From a virus (Duplodnaviria; Caudoviricetes): a stretch of 30,048 nucleotides of DNA. The stretch is from the IMG/VR virus record IMGVR_UViG_3300033407_000089, positions 1 to 30,048 of that record, one strand, 5' to 3'. The notes below the pieces were generated by a model. The model was not told the origin of the DNA. It saw only the letters and a list, made by a program, of their open reading frames with translations, and ran no database searches. Positions 9,756 through 19,582 of the stretch are shown here, piece after piece; positions within the stretch are counted from its first letter, which is position 1, and each line of letters opens with the position of its first letter. A program made the translations under genes and the position numbers.

Positions 9756-12640
9756 TATTGTTCGCGCTCCAAGACTCGTTGTACCACCTGTACGGTGATG
9801 TCGCCGATCTTTTGGACATGTTGATTGAGGCGATTTTCAAGAGCTGCCATATTGTTGGTATCCACACCTGTGATGCTGATCGGGGCGCTGACACTCACAT
9901 TGGTTGAGGGCGGGGCAATACCGGCCCGCTTGACGGCAGTCTCTAAACCCTCACTGGGTTTGAAGGGCAGAATTAATTCGTGTTTAAAGGGGGTCTCTTC
10001 GCCCATCTCGGCTTTAATATGGTCACGAACAATACCGCCGTCAGCGAAACTCAAACCAAAGGCGCTACGCCCGGAACGATTGGCGCTGCTGCTTTGCCGA
10101 CGGCCTGACGAACTCCCTGTATTACGCAGCCCAAGACTTCCGCCAGAGGCAAGTTTTACGGTTGTTGTGATCAGGTTGGCAATACCCTTGGTGGCCTCAA
10201 TGGCCCCCATGTGCAATAATTTGATGCCGATTAACTCGGCGGCAAGTTGGGCAATCCTTTGTTGATGAACGTTCTCCTGTGCCTCGCGCTGGCGCATGGC
10301 ATCTTCTTGTCGCCACTTATCACGGGTGGCTTGTAATTCAAGCTCCAGTTGTTGTGATTCCTTGAGCACGATCTGCCCGGTCTCGCGCTCGGCCTTGACT
10401 CGCTCCTGTCCTTGTTGGCGAATCTCCTGAACCTGCTGTTCGGATTGTTGGCGGCGTTCCTGAAGCTCCTGATTAAGTTGCTGCTCACGCTCGCTGGCTT
10501 GATCCTCGAAGCTGCGTTTTTCACGCCGCTCTTGTTTATCGAACTGGCGTTCAGATTGCTCAAGGGCTGCCACATCGTTATCGAGTGCCGCCTCAAACAA
10601 GCTATCGTTTTTGTCCTCTTCGATGTCTTGTAGACGGCGATGAAATTTCAGGAGGTCGCGTTCGCTCTCACGTTGGTATTTATCAGTGAGTTTGATCCGT
10701 TCGTCCTGCGACTTTTTGAGCGCTTCTTTTTCGCGGGCGGTTGTTTCCGTTTGGAGTTTGACGAGCTGTTGCCGTCGCTCTAACGCTGCCTCACGATCCT
10801 TGGCCGCGGTGATGTGGTTTTGCAGGTCAGCTTCGACACCGGATCGTTCCGCTTGGCGGGTTTCCTCGATAGCACGTTTTTCAAGGAAGTCGGTGTACTC
10901 GGACTGGGCATCCGCTAATTTATTTTCAAGTGCCGTTCGTTCCTCAAGTCGTCGGTTAGATCGCTCAAGGGCGGCTTCCTCATCGGCAAGCTGCTGGGTT
11001 CGGTCATCGGCAGCTTGGGCAAGCGGCAACCACTGCTCATTAAGCTCGACAATGCTTTCGTTTAAATTATCGGTTTCGGTAATGAATGCTTGAACTTGGT
11101 CAATTGACTCTTGTTGGGCATCCGTTAACTCACCATGTACTGATGCCTGCCGTTCAATCTCGGCAAGAAACAAGGTGATGTCATCAATCTCTCTGAAGTC
11201 CAGATCACGACCGAGTTGATCCTGTAGCTGAAGATTAACATCACGGGCAAGACGGCCGGTTTGGTGTTCAAACTCGGCGAGTAGGTCACCAAAAGTTTCG
11301 GTAACTACCGTGCGAGTGACCTGACGGCGCTGCTGTAGCTGTTGGATTTCTTGTTCAACCGCATCAGCGCCCTGCTGGTACAGCCGCATCCAGTTGATGG
11401 AGCTGTCTATTTCTGCCGCGATACCACCGCTTACCGCTAATAGGCGTTCGCCTGCCGCGACCTGCTGTTCTAATTCTGCCGTCTCAAGTTCGAGTTGTCG
11501 GTTGCGTCTACGCTCGGCTGCTTCAATATCGACCAATGCATCGCGAGCGTCATTGATCTCCGTTCGCATACCACGAATTTCGGAATTAACCGCATCCAAG
11601 TCCTCTTGAGTTTCAGTCAGTTCGGCATCGCCGAATAGTCCCCCAACAGGCAGTGCCTCATATATCTCGCGGCTGGCATTTAAAATGTCGGACTCAGCAC
11701 CTAATCGGGCTTCATAACTACTCTTGACGGCCTGCTGAACCTCAATATCCCGTTCGCGCTGTTCAATTAAATCGCGTAATTCCTCCGCCGACATCTGGTG
11801 TAACTCAATTTCGCGACCGGCTGCTTCGGCAATGTCGCGATTGCGTTGAGCAGCTTCCCGATTGGACTTGTTCGCCAAACTGGTAGCTGCCTCTAAAGCC
11901 AGCATTCCTACGGATGCAATACCGATGGCTTTGGATGCTGTACTGGCATTAGACCACAAATCTTTGATCGCGCCGCCTAGTCCGCCACTCTGTTTGATCC
12001 CTTCGCGGAACCTTTGGTTGAGGGTTCCGAATGCGGATGACAGGATAGGCAATTGCTCGGCAGTTGCAAATAAGTCACCAACAATCGACAATCCACTCGC
12101 CGCACCACCCAACAACCCGCCCGCACCACCAGCGCTACCGGTTAGGCGGCCAATTACGCCGGCCCCACCAATGCTATTGAGCGTCCCTGCCAGCGTTTGT
12201 GCGCCAGTATCAATGTCGCCTATAAAACCAATGGCGGCCCGTCCCGACTCGCGTAACTCAACTGGAATCTTGGCGATCTGAACCTGTAGGTTGGCAACCG
12301 TATCTTCGACTTGAACCAGTTCGTCGCGCACATCCCGGTAGGGGCGTGTTAACTCATCGGAAGGTTTTGCCAGCTCTGCCCGTAACTCACGCGCCTTTAA
12401 CTCGTTTTTCTCAAGCTGCAAACCCAGCGAGGCGAGCGCCGTCTCAGAAGCCCGAACACGCTCGGTACCCACTGACAGCCGTCCGAAACCACCCTTCTTG
12501 GCAAAGGCATCGATCTCGCTGCCAATGCGTCCGACAAGGGCGTTGGTCTGGGCCAGTTCTTTTTGGGTTTCTTTACTACCGACAACACCAAGGTCAATGT
12601 TGGCCTCGACCGTGTTGTCACTACCGCGAATGCGTCCCAC
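9755..12640 (-). CDS. Tape measure protein
   Basis: 961 aa with Ala/Gly-rich stretches and long E/Q/R coiled coils. C-terminal 'FADGGIV...MGEE...ELILP' motif typical of tape measure proteins. Follows the frameshifted chaperone. Confidence 0.9.
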   Translation of the reverse strand: MGRIRGSDNTVEANIDLGVVGSKETQKELAQTNALVGRIGSEIDAFAKKGGFGRLSVGTERVRASETALASLGLQLEKNELKARELRAELAKPSDELTRPYRDVRDELVQVEDTVANLQVQIAKIPVELRESGRAAIGFIGDIDTGAQTLAGTLNSIGGAGVIGRLTGSAGGAGGLLGGAASGLSIVGDLFATAEQLPILSSAFGTLNQRFREGIKQSGGLGGAIKDLWSNASTASKAIGIASVGMLALEAATSLANKSNREAAQRNRDIAEAAGREIELHQMSAEELRDLIEQRERDIEVQQAVKSSYEARLGAESDILNASREIYEALPVGGLFGDAELTETQEDLDAVNSEIRGMRTEINDARDALVDIEAAERRRNRQLELETAELEQQVAAGERLLAVSGGIAAEIDSSINWMRLYQQGADAVEQEIQQLQQRRQVTRTVVTETFGDLLAEFEHQTGRLARDVNLQLQDQLGRDLDFREIDDITLFLAEIERQASVHGELTDAQQESIDQVQAFITETDNLNESIVELNEQWLPLAQAADDRTQQLADEEAALERSNRRLEERTALENKLADAQSEYTDFLEKRAIEETRQAERSGVEADLQNHITAAKDREAALERRQQLVKLQTETTAREKEALKKSQDERIKLTDKYQRESERDLLKFHRRLQDIEEDKNDSLFEAALDNDVAALEQSERQFDKQERREKRSFEDQASEREQQLNQELQERRQQSEQQVQEIRQQGQERVKAERETGQIVLKESQQLELELQATRDKWRQEDAMRQREAQENVHQQRIAQLAAELIGIKLLHMGAIEATKGIANLITTTVKLASGGSLGLRNTGSSSGRRQSSSANRSGRSAFGLSFADGGIVRDHIKAEMGEETPFKHELILPFKPSEGLETAVKRAGIAPPSTNVSVSAPISITGVDTNNMAALENRLNQHVQKIGDITVQVVQRVLEREQ

Positions 12641-12643
12641 TAG

Positions 12644-13455
12644 CTAAAAGGCTCCGTCTTGTTCATGTTTGTCAAGGATATGCTGCACGATGCCTTCGGT
12701 CTTATCGATGTCGTGCTGAAGCATATGATCCGGGTAAAAAAGTTCATCGAGCGTTTTGGGTTCCACACCATAACGCATCTTGTAATCAAAGGCTTTCCAT
12801 GCGATGGTGCTGCCATAATAGAAACCAAAACCGCCCTTCATCTCATCCGGGGGGATGAGTTTGCGAGGGCGTTTTTTGTCGTCACGTTGCTGGACGATGA
12901 TCTTGGCGTAGTCGGTACCAATCGCTAACTGTTCGCGCTGGAATCCCCATCGTCGTTGGAAGAGATCACTTTTGGGCTGAGTGCTTGCACTCGCTCCTCG
13001 TCGGTTAGGAGTTCCGCCGGACGGCTCTCAATCGGGATACTGGTCACGCGCTGATCTAAGAAGCCGCTAATGATGACCTCCCATTGGGAGATGTCGGCTT
13101 CCATCCGCACCGCCCAACGCTCCATTTGGGTCATGTCGCCCCATTTTTGAAGCTTATCGGCCAACCAGACCAGACCGGGTTGTTCGTCGCCCTTCGGATG
13201 CCATTCGCAGCCATTGAATGTTACACAGAATAGACTGAAGTAATCGGTGTAATTTTCGATCTCATCAAATACACCGTTGGCATAAGCCGGATCGGTCTTA
13301 AGAGTCGCCCGCAGATCTTCGGCCATTTTCTTAGCGGCGATGCGCTTGAGCATTGAGTTTGGCTCAAACGTCATCAAGAGCCGTCCCTCATAGGCAGATA
13401 CCGTGAAAATGTTGGTTGGTTGCAGGATTGCCAAATCTTTAGATTTGCTGTCCAT
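12644..13455 (-). CDS. Tail assembly chaperone, long (gpGT-like) form via -1 frameshift
   Basis: In-frame slippery heptamer C CCA AAA at 12976-12970. The -1 frame reads PKSDLFQRRWGFQREQ...LIPPDEMKGGFG without a stop and joins the 12644..12841 ORF. Confidence 0.85.
12925..13455 (-). CDS. Tail assembly chaperone, short (gpG-like) form
   Basis: 176-aa acidic ORF between the tail tube and the tape measure, with the slippery site near its 3' end. Confidence 0.8.
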   Translation of the reverse strand: MDSKSKDLAILQPTNIFTVSAYEGRLLMTFEPNSMLKRIAAKKMAEDLRATLKTDPAYANGVFDEIENYTDYFSLFCVTFNGCEWHPKGDEQPGLVWLADKLQKWGDMTQMERWAVRMEADISQWEVIISGFLDQRVTSIPIESRPAELLTDEERVQALSPKVISSNDDGDSSANS

Positions 13456-13754
13456 TAACCATTGTCCTTGTTGGTCTTACCTGATGAGGACGTGGCGCTT
13501 GGTGCGGCGCTCGGCGGCGTTGGGGTGGACGACTTCTTGGCAGGCAGGATTTTATACTCGCCTTCCTGTGGCACTCCCGCCGGAAAGGCAATACAGTACT
13601 TGTTGCCGATCCGTCGCGTTGCGTGGACAACAGCCCGATTATACGGCTGCCCGTTCATGAACTTACGCGGACGTGTGTTCACCGAGCCGTCGGGGTTTAA
13701 GGTCCCGACACGGGGATCGCCCTCGGTTAAGGTGAATTTCGATTCATCAGCCAT
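13455..13754 (-). CDS. Small hypothetical protein with a Pro/Ser/Thr-rich tail
   Basis: SD AGGAGG upstream of ATG 13754. Coupled to the chaperone gene by TAATG. Confidence 0.7.
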   Translation of the reverse strand: MADESKFTLTEGDPRVGTLNPDGSVNTRPRKFMNGQPYNRAVVHATRRIGNKYCIAFPAGVPQEGEYKILPAKKSSTPTPPSAAPSATSSSGKTNKDNG

Positions 13755-13803
13755 GGTTTAGTTCCTCCTGCTTCAGCAGATTATTGGCTTTATGATTTCA
13801 GGT

Positions 13804-13837
13804 AAAAAACGTAAAGACTGGTGGATACCCACCAGTC
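13804..13837 (-). terminator. Intrinsic terminator after the major tail gene
   Basis: Minus strand GACTGGTGG-GTAT-CCACCAGTC (perfect 9-bp stem) followed by TTTACGTTTTTT. Confidence 0.75.
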
Positions 13838-13840
13838 AGT

Positions 13841-14704
13841 TTATGCCGCGAGTGGGAAGTGTTCAGGCACTTCGTACAGCAGCGTTTCCACATCGTCGGC
13901 AGCGCCAATGGCGGCCTTCGTCAACAAACCTGTGTCTGTCGCGAAGGACGTTGGAGCTGTCGGCACGCTGTTGATAGCGAAGTGGTTGGGGGTGGCATTG
14001 GCAGTGACCACTGCGCTGGCCGGCAGGTAGACGGGCGTAAAGGCTTGAGCAATGCCGTCACCAATATTGGTGAAAAGCACCAATGGCAAGTCGGTCACAA
14101 TCTTATAACTATTGAGGCGACCATTCGGGGCATTGACGGCCATATCCGCAAAAGCATAACCGTGCAGGTCGTACGGCGTGCTGTGGACAATCAAGTTCAG
14201 ATCAATCGTCTTCTTGGCTTGGTAACCCCAATTGCTCTCTGTCGCCGTTCCAGTGGATAGTGATGTCACCAAGTGGCGATACATCCGCGCACCAGTCACC
14301 ACGTTCTTCGCCTGCTGGGTGAGCATGATGCCGATCTGCGGCAACGTAATGGCTGTGCCTTCAGTGCCATAATGCGGCATTTCGGTGTTGTAGGCGGTAT
14401 CAACCGCCATGCCGTGAATCCAACTGATAAAGCCGTCATCTTCGGTTTCGAGGGTGACTTGTAGATTCCGTAAACGGGTGTCACCAAAGGCCAATTGATC
14501 ACCGACGGCATCACTTTCGAAATACTCGACCGCCGTCAACTCACCTTTGTTAAGGGTCGCATTCGACACCCAAGGGATGCGATAGGCTGGTAGCAAAGAG
14601 CCAGCAGCAGGGAGCATACTTGTGGCATTGCCAATCGCCTGACCCAGCGCATTGACGCGCCACACCAAGGCTTGTGAAAAGCCACCAACAATCGATTCAG
14701 TCAT
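13841..14704 (-). CDS. Major tail tube protein
   Basis: 287-aa beta-rich Thr/Ala protein with SD AGGAG. Followed by a terminator and located upstream of the chaperone and tape measure. Confidence 0.7.
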   Translation of the reverse strand: MTESIVGGFSQALVWRVNALGQAIGNATSMLPAAGSLLPAYRIPWVSNATLNKGELTAVEYFESDAVGDQLAFGDTRLRNLQVTLETEDDGFISWIHGMAVDTAYNTEMPHYGTEGTAITLPQIGIMLTQQAKNVVTGARMYRHLVTSLSTGTATESNWGYQAKKTIDLNLIVHSTPYDLHGYAFADMAVNAPNGRLNSYKIVTDLPLVLFTNIGDGIAQAFTPVYLPASAVVTANATPNHFAINSVPTAPTSFATDTGLLTKAAIGAADDVETLLYEVPEHFPLAA

Positions 14705-14713
14705 GATATTCTC

Positions 14714-15235
14714 CTAAGAACGAAAAAGGTCTAATGGGACGTTGAGAAACCAATCGATACCTAGATAGATGGTGCCACTCACGGGTCGGGTGATCATCCC
14801 GCTATCTCGGAAGGTTAGGTCGTACAGGTTGAGGGCGGGCAGTGGGTCGGGTACATCAGGATGAATACCACCTTGTATCCGCAAACTACCACGCCGCAGG
14901 TAAGCACCCCTGAACTTTCCAAACCATGGCTCTAGACGATTCATGGACATCATGCCCAGATCACCGCTGTCTTCAGCTTCAGCAGTAAATGGTTCTCGGC
15001 AAAAATGGGCGATGATACGCCGATTCATTGGAGCACTACCCGGACTATCGCTGGTCTTGGGTATTTCACTAGGCATCTCACGCATTGTATGAAATACGAA
15101 CGGACAATCTGTGAGGTCAGGCGCAATCGACGGCGGATACCGATACACACGATTGATACCCGTTATCTCTTTATGGTAGGCGATCAGGCGATCCATCAAG
15201 ACTGACTCGGCATTTTCAACCGTCATGATCGTCAT
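14714..15235 (-). CDS. Tail terminator/completion-like protein
   Basis: 173 aa immediately before the tail tube gene. Call is positional. Confidence 0.5.
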   Translation of the reverse strand: MTIMTVENAESVLMDRLIAYHKEITGINRVYRYPPSIAPDLTDCPFVFHTMREMPSEIPKTSDSPGSAPMNRRIIAHFCREPFTAEAEDSGDLGMMSMNRLEPWFGKFRGAYLRRGSLRIQGGIHPDVPDPLPALNLYDLTFRDSGMITRPVSGTIYLGIDWFLNVPLDLFRS

Positions 15236-15238
15236 GGT

Positions 15239-16099
15239 TTAGTCCCCCACTGTCCGTAGACGTGCCGAACTACGTTGCATCGCTGCGAACAAGCGCTGGA
15301 TGTCTTTGGGTAGTTCAGTCATGTCAATCGGGATTTCGAAGTCGCCGATCTGGGCTTTACCAATAAATGGACTGGATTTCTGGGCTAACACCCAGTCAAG
15401 GAAACGTTTCATCGCCCGCACAATACGTGGCTCGAAGTGATGCCGCTCAATCGTCGCGCCATTTAGATGGGTGGCAGCCGTACTGCCGTTGTGTCCACGC
15501 ACCACCGTCAGGTCGTTACCAGTGACATCATCGACAAGTACGTATTCGCTACCGACCTTCAGTAGCATTCCTGACTCGTAAAGCGTGCCGTCAAGCACCG
15601 TGAACGTCGTCGTATTCGTGTCGCTAACATCGGCATTGAGTTCACCCAGCGCCGCCCAACGCCCACGATAACCCCATGTACCAGTGACCGAGATACTTCC
15701 CTTGGTCGGCGTATTATTTGCCGGGGCTGACCACTGCGCTTGATCCGGGTTAAGCCATAACGTGTGCGCGGGACTGCTATTGAGTGGCTCCAAGACGGCA
15801 GCCGCCGTGACATCAACTCCATTGCCGTTGAGTAATGTCGTCAACGTCATCAGGTCATCGTCAAGCAGCAGGCTTACCCCTTGTAGATGACCACCATTAC
15901 GGCGTTGCAATGGGGTGTAGAGGCGTGTCTCAATGCGCTCGTCAAAACGTCGATTACAAAAGCCCTCACCCTGTACTGCGGCGGCGCAGTCGTAAATGTC
16001 GGCTTCCCATTGCGTGCGGGTATCCGCATTCAATGAGGGCTTGTTTTTGTAGGTGGCGTACTCGGATGCCAACAGGATCGGGGTGATCTGATCAGGCAT
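15239..16099 (-). CDS. Head-tail connector (adaptor) with an inserted beta-domain
   Basis: N-terminal 'FCNRRFD', middle 'ISVTGTWGY' and C-terminal 'LPKDIQRLF' fit adaptor proteins. Carries the insert 'TTTFTVLDG...GSEYVLV...LTVVRGHNGSTAATHLNGATI'. Confidence 0.65.
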   Translation of the reverse strand: MPDQITPILLASEYATYKNKPSLNADTRTQWEADIYDCAAAVQGEGFCNRRFDERIETRLYTPLQRRNGGHLQGVSLLLDDDLMTLTTLLNGNGVDVTAAAVLEPLNSSPAHTLWLNPDQAQWSAPANNTPTKGSISVTGTWGYRGRWAALGELNADVSDTNTTTFTVLDGTLYESGMLLKVGSEYVLVDDVTGNDLTVVRGHNGSTAATHLNGATIERHHFEPRIVRAMKRFLDWVLAQKSSPFIGKAQIGDFEIPIDMTELPKDIQRLFAAMQRSSARLRTVGD

Positions 16100-16508
16100 T
16101 GGCTTCTAGGTAGGCTACAGCGGTATCAATGTGTTGCTGGGCTTTCGCCACGCCCACGCCGAGGCTAGCAGCCAGTAATTCAGCCGTCGAGTTAGCCAGA
16201 TCGTCAAAGGTGAAAATCTCCAACTCGTAGAGTTTGTTGGCCGTTGCCTCACCAATACCATCCAAGACGGCAAGGTCATCACGGGCCGGTGACGTAGGCG
16301 GTACAGGATCGCCGTCGCCTGTTTGGTTCGCCGATGTACTTGCTGCCGGGGGTACACCATCAAGCCAATGGGCCCGTCCGGTACTAACCAGAAAATCGGC
16401 GTGCTGGGCAACCAGCGGATTCCTTTCGGTTTCATGCTCACCCGGCGGAATGAATTGCTCGTTCGTCTGACGACCACGATATCCGACGGTTACTTTAAGT
16501 CTTGCCAT
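16092..16508 (-). CDS. Helix-hairpin-helix domain protein
   Basis: 'DDLAVLDGIGEATANKLYELEIFTFDDLA' and 'LGVGVAKAQ' form an HhH pair. Start reassigned to ATG 16508 because SD GAGGAG lies upstream. Confidence 0.75.
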   Translation of the reverse strand: MARLKVTVGYRGRQTNEQFIPPGEHETERNPLVAQHADFLVSTGRAHWLDGVPPAASTSANQTGDGDPVPPTSPARDDLAVLDGIGEATANKLYELEIFTFDDLANSTAELLAASLGVGVAKAQQHIDTAVAYLEANA

Positions 16509-16530
16509 GGGAAATCTCCTCTTGAATAGC

Positions 16531-16560
16531 AACAACCCCACCGCGAACGATGGGGTTATT
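16531..16560 (-). terminator. Stem-loop after the major capsid gene (terminator or mRNA stabiliser)
   Basis: Minus strand AATAACCCCATCG-TTCG-CGGTGGGGTTGTT: 13-bp stem including G-U pairs, UUCG loop, weak U tail. Confidence 0.65.
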
Positions 16561-16583
16561 AGTCTCTTGAATGCTGTCTACAA

Positions 16584-19025
16584 CTAGACTGTGATGTTGT
16601 AGGTAACGGCAGCGGCTTCTGCGTCACGGTAAGCCAAACCAACACGGATGTACATCACCAACTCAGTGGTATCCTGTTTGGGATAACGTGTGACTTCGGA
16701 TTCGGTGTGGCGTTTCCAACCCAGTCGCCATTGATCGGGACGCACAGAAAGGATACGTCCCTTGACGTTATTGGATGGTGTGCCGGATATAGCACCTGTG
16801 GCATCAGCGAGTCCCATCTGTTCAGAGGGGAATACCGTACGACCCCAGACACCCTCAAACTCACCATTTTTAAATGTCATGGCCTTGTGGGTATCAGCGT
16901 CTTGGAGTTTCGACAGCGCCAGTGTCGCATAGTAGGTCAAGTTGTCGATGATATACATCATCTTGTCCTTCTTGATGGCGTTCTTACCATTCACTCCCAT
17001 CAACTTCAGGAGTTCGAGATAATCCGTTTCATCAAGTGCGCCGGCTGCATCGCGGGCATTGTCACCTGCGGCACCCAAAAGCGCCAATTTCAAAAAGCCG
17101 TCAAAGGCTGTATATGACGGCAGTGACCCATCCGCAGTTGCAGTTGGTGTGCCGTCAATCAGGTTGATGTTGGTGTTGAGCGTAAGATCGGTATCTCCGT
17201 TAATCATGAGGTATTCGATCTGATCTTGATACGCCTCGTCCATCTTGCGCTGCGCTTCCGGCAGTGCATTGATGATCGAATCCTCGTCTTGCTCACCCGA
17301 CCAATAAAGGACAGAGCCAATTTTTTTGACTTTTAAGTCTCTTTCCCCGGTGCTGTACTTCGATGAAGTCAATTGAGCCAAAGGAATCTTCGAGTTAGAT
17401 TCAATGTCGGTCGTTTCCGGCACAACATAGAAGATCGGATCGGAGCCTTCTGTTGAGAAGTTCCATGTGTTCGTGCCGTCAGGGATTTCGATTTCCAACA
17501 TGCCCCGTTTGAGGACTTCTTGGTACATCGAGTCTTGACGGATGACTTCCCACATATTCTCATCATAGGCAATTTTCACCCACTCCGCGCCACCCCCAGC
17601 TTGGGTCGTGTTGATGATTTCGTCGGCACGACGGCCCACGATAGACCGGTACGAACGCCGCCCTAACTTGGCACCTTTGCCAATTTCTTCACTGACACGA
17701 CCTGCTACAACTTCATAGAAGCGTTTCGGCATGGGCTTTACCTTGCCGTCGCGGTCAGCGCGATACAGGAGGTAATGCCAGTGTGCGCCGGAAATCAGGT
17801 GGCGAGTGGACAGATGATCGTAACGCAAGTCTGTGACATCGGTGATGCCACTACCACTCGCTGCGCCGCTGCCACCAGTATTGTCGGCATGGTCATCATC
17901 AGTGTCAGTGGAACTCATCATTTGGTTACGCAACTTCGTAACCTCGTCACGCAGGATGGCGAATTCATTTTGAATTGCCGTGTTCGGATTGGTAGCGCCA
18001 TTGCCTTCACTGCGCTGCTTAAGTGCGGCAGTCAGCAGTTGTAACGCGAGTCCCAGATTCGGATCGCTACCATTGGTGCGACCGCCGTCATTGGAACCAC
18101 CGCGTTTGGTGCTGCTGCCATCGGTGTTACGTTGAGTGGGTAGAGGTGCAACCCCTTGTTGTTGTCCCTGTTGTTGGCTTAACATGCCGTCTGAGGGTTC
18201 GTCTGGCGTTTCTTGAAGCAGTTGCTTGACGGCTTCAACACCGCCAAGTTCATCTGCGAGTGCCATCAACAACTCTTCCGGGGTTGCCGTACCCGTTTGC
18301 ATTAATTCTGCCACGGTTGGCATATTGCCCTCCAGATTTGATGGGTTAACAAGTTTGTCCAGCGTCAATGACGCTCTTCTACTCGCCGCGCCGTCGGTAG
18401 CCTGATTGCTACCCTTGACATGGCGGCGGTTAAAGATCAGCCCCAAGCTTCGTGTCTCACGCCCGAGAGTTACCTTAGGCATGGTGCGTTCGCATGGATT
18501 CTTGGTGAGGCTGAGTTCTCCAATAATCCAGCGTAGAAATTGTCCTGTTTTTGAAAACTTAGAAAGGTAATCGACGGCTCCTGACGACGTGGCCAGCTTG
18601 CGTCGTTTAATCTCATCAGCTACCCGGTGGTAATACTTCGAGTCCTTGTGGAGGTAGCCTTTAAAGGCGATACCCTTATCGTCTGTCCACACCTTGGTAA
18701 CTTTGCCGATTTCGCCTTGGACTTCTGGATCCCTCCCATGTTCGTACCAAATGCCGACGGGTAAGTTGTCCAAGCCCATCACGGGCGGATCATTGGGGTT
18801 GAACCACGTCCCGTAACAGTCACGTGACTCCCAGACGGCGATGTAGCCGTCGATCCAGTCTTTGTCTGTATCGCGACTGTAGGGATCAAATCGGACAAAT
18901 AAGGACGGGTCACATGACGGCGCTTCCCGCATCTGACATGAGCAAGGCTTATTGTCGCCGTCGGACCGCTGCATAGTTACGGTGTTACTGGTGGGATCCC
19001 AGTTGAAAATGACATTAGGGGGCAT
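16584..19025 (-). CDS. Prohead protease - scaffold - HK97-fold major capsid fusion
   Basis: N-terminal protease motifs 'WYEHG...IGKV...DDKGIAFKG...ATSSGA...ELSLTKNP'. Low-complexity/coiled-coil middle. Capsid-like C-terminus 'KKIGSVLYWSGE...EYLMINGD...VWGRTVFPSE...YIRVGL'. Confidence 0.88.
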   Translation of the reverse strand: MPPNVIFNWDPTSNTVTMQRSDGDNKPCSCQMREAPSCDPSLFVRFDPYSRDTDKDWIDGYIAVWESRDCYGTWFNPNDPPVMGLDNLPVGIWYEHGRDPEVQGEIGKVTKVWTDDKGIAFKGYLHKDSKYYHRVADEIKRRKLATSSGAVDYLSKFSKTGQFLRWIIGELSLTKNPCERTMPKVTLGRETRSLGLIFNRRHVKGSNQATDGAASRRASLTLDKLVNPSNLEGNMPTVAELMQTGTATPEELLMALADELGGVEAVKQLLQETPDEPSDGMLSQQQGQQQGVAPLPTQRNTDGSSTKRGGSNDGGRTNGSDPNLGLALQLLTAALKQRSEGNGATNPNTAIQNEFAILRDEVTKLRNQMMSSTDTDDDHADNTGGSGAASGSGITDVTDLRYDHLSTRHLISGAHWHYLLYRADRDGKVKPMPKRFYEVVAGRVSEEIGKGAKLGRRSYRSIVGRRADEIINTTQAGGGAEWVKIAYDENMWEVIRQDSMYQEVLKRGMLEIEIPDGTNTWNFSTEGSDPIFYVVPETTDIESNSKIPLAQLTSSKYSTGERDLKVKKIGSVLYWSGEQDEDSIINALPEAQRKMDEAYQDQIEYLMINGDTDLTLNTNINLIDGTPTATADGSLPSYTAFDGFLKLALLGAAGDNARDAAGALDETDYLELLKLMGVNGKNAIKKDKMMYIIDNLTYYATLALSKLQDADTHKAMTFKNGEFEGVWGRTVFPSEQMGLADATGAISGTPSNNVKGRILSVRPDQWRLGWKRHTESEVTRYPKQDTTELVMYIRVGLAYRDAEAAAVTYNITV

Positions 19026-19027
19026 CT

Positions 19028-19582
19028 TTAAATCCTCTGCTTGAAGCGTTTGATACCGTCAATCACTGCGTCGATAAAGACGCTATATAAATCACCGAGC
19101 ATTGCCGTCACCGACTTATTGACAGGTGTCCACGTACCTTTGTGGTATTCGGCTTGCTCGGTCGCCTCGTCACCGATCACTAGTGGCGCATGGGGAACTT
19201 TTGTCCCCACGACGGCTGCTACCCCTTCGGGTATCAACTTGACATCGCTCGTCCAGCTTGCTCCTAACGTCCCTTTACGAACATACGGCACGTCAACATC
19301 GCCTGCGCCCAGTCCAGCGAAGAAACCGCGCTGCTGCTTTTCGCTGACGAAAGGACTATCAGTGATGGTGTTGCCAGCGCTGCTGACCCACTCATGAGAT
19401 TTAGACAGTGGCTTGCCCGACGGCGTGGGATACTCAGCAAAAGCCGTCTCAGCAACTACCGCCATCTTGTGAGTGGCATCGAGCGCGATGTCATCGCGTA
19501 CTACTTGCGGAAATGTCATCAGTGTTTCGAAGACTTTTTGAACATCATCCATCGTGCTTGATGCACGGCGCGATCTTCCCAT
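19028..19582 (-). CDS. HK97 gp10-like morphogenesis protein
   Basis: 'YVRKGTLGASW...VVGTKVPHAPLV' resembles the gp10 / Mu gpG-type signature (R-TG-L--S...VGTN--YA--V). Confidence 0.6.
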   Translation of the reverse strand: MGRSRRASSTMDDVQKVFETLMTFPQVVRDDIALDATHKMAVVAETAFAEYPTPSGKPLSKSHEWVSSAGNTITDSPFVSEKQQRGFFAGLGAGDVDVPYVRKGTLGASWTSDVKLIPEGVAAVVGTKVPHAPLVIGDEATEQAEYHKGTWTPVNKSVTAMLGDLYSVFIDAVIDGIKRFKQRI

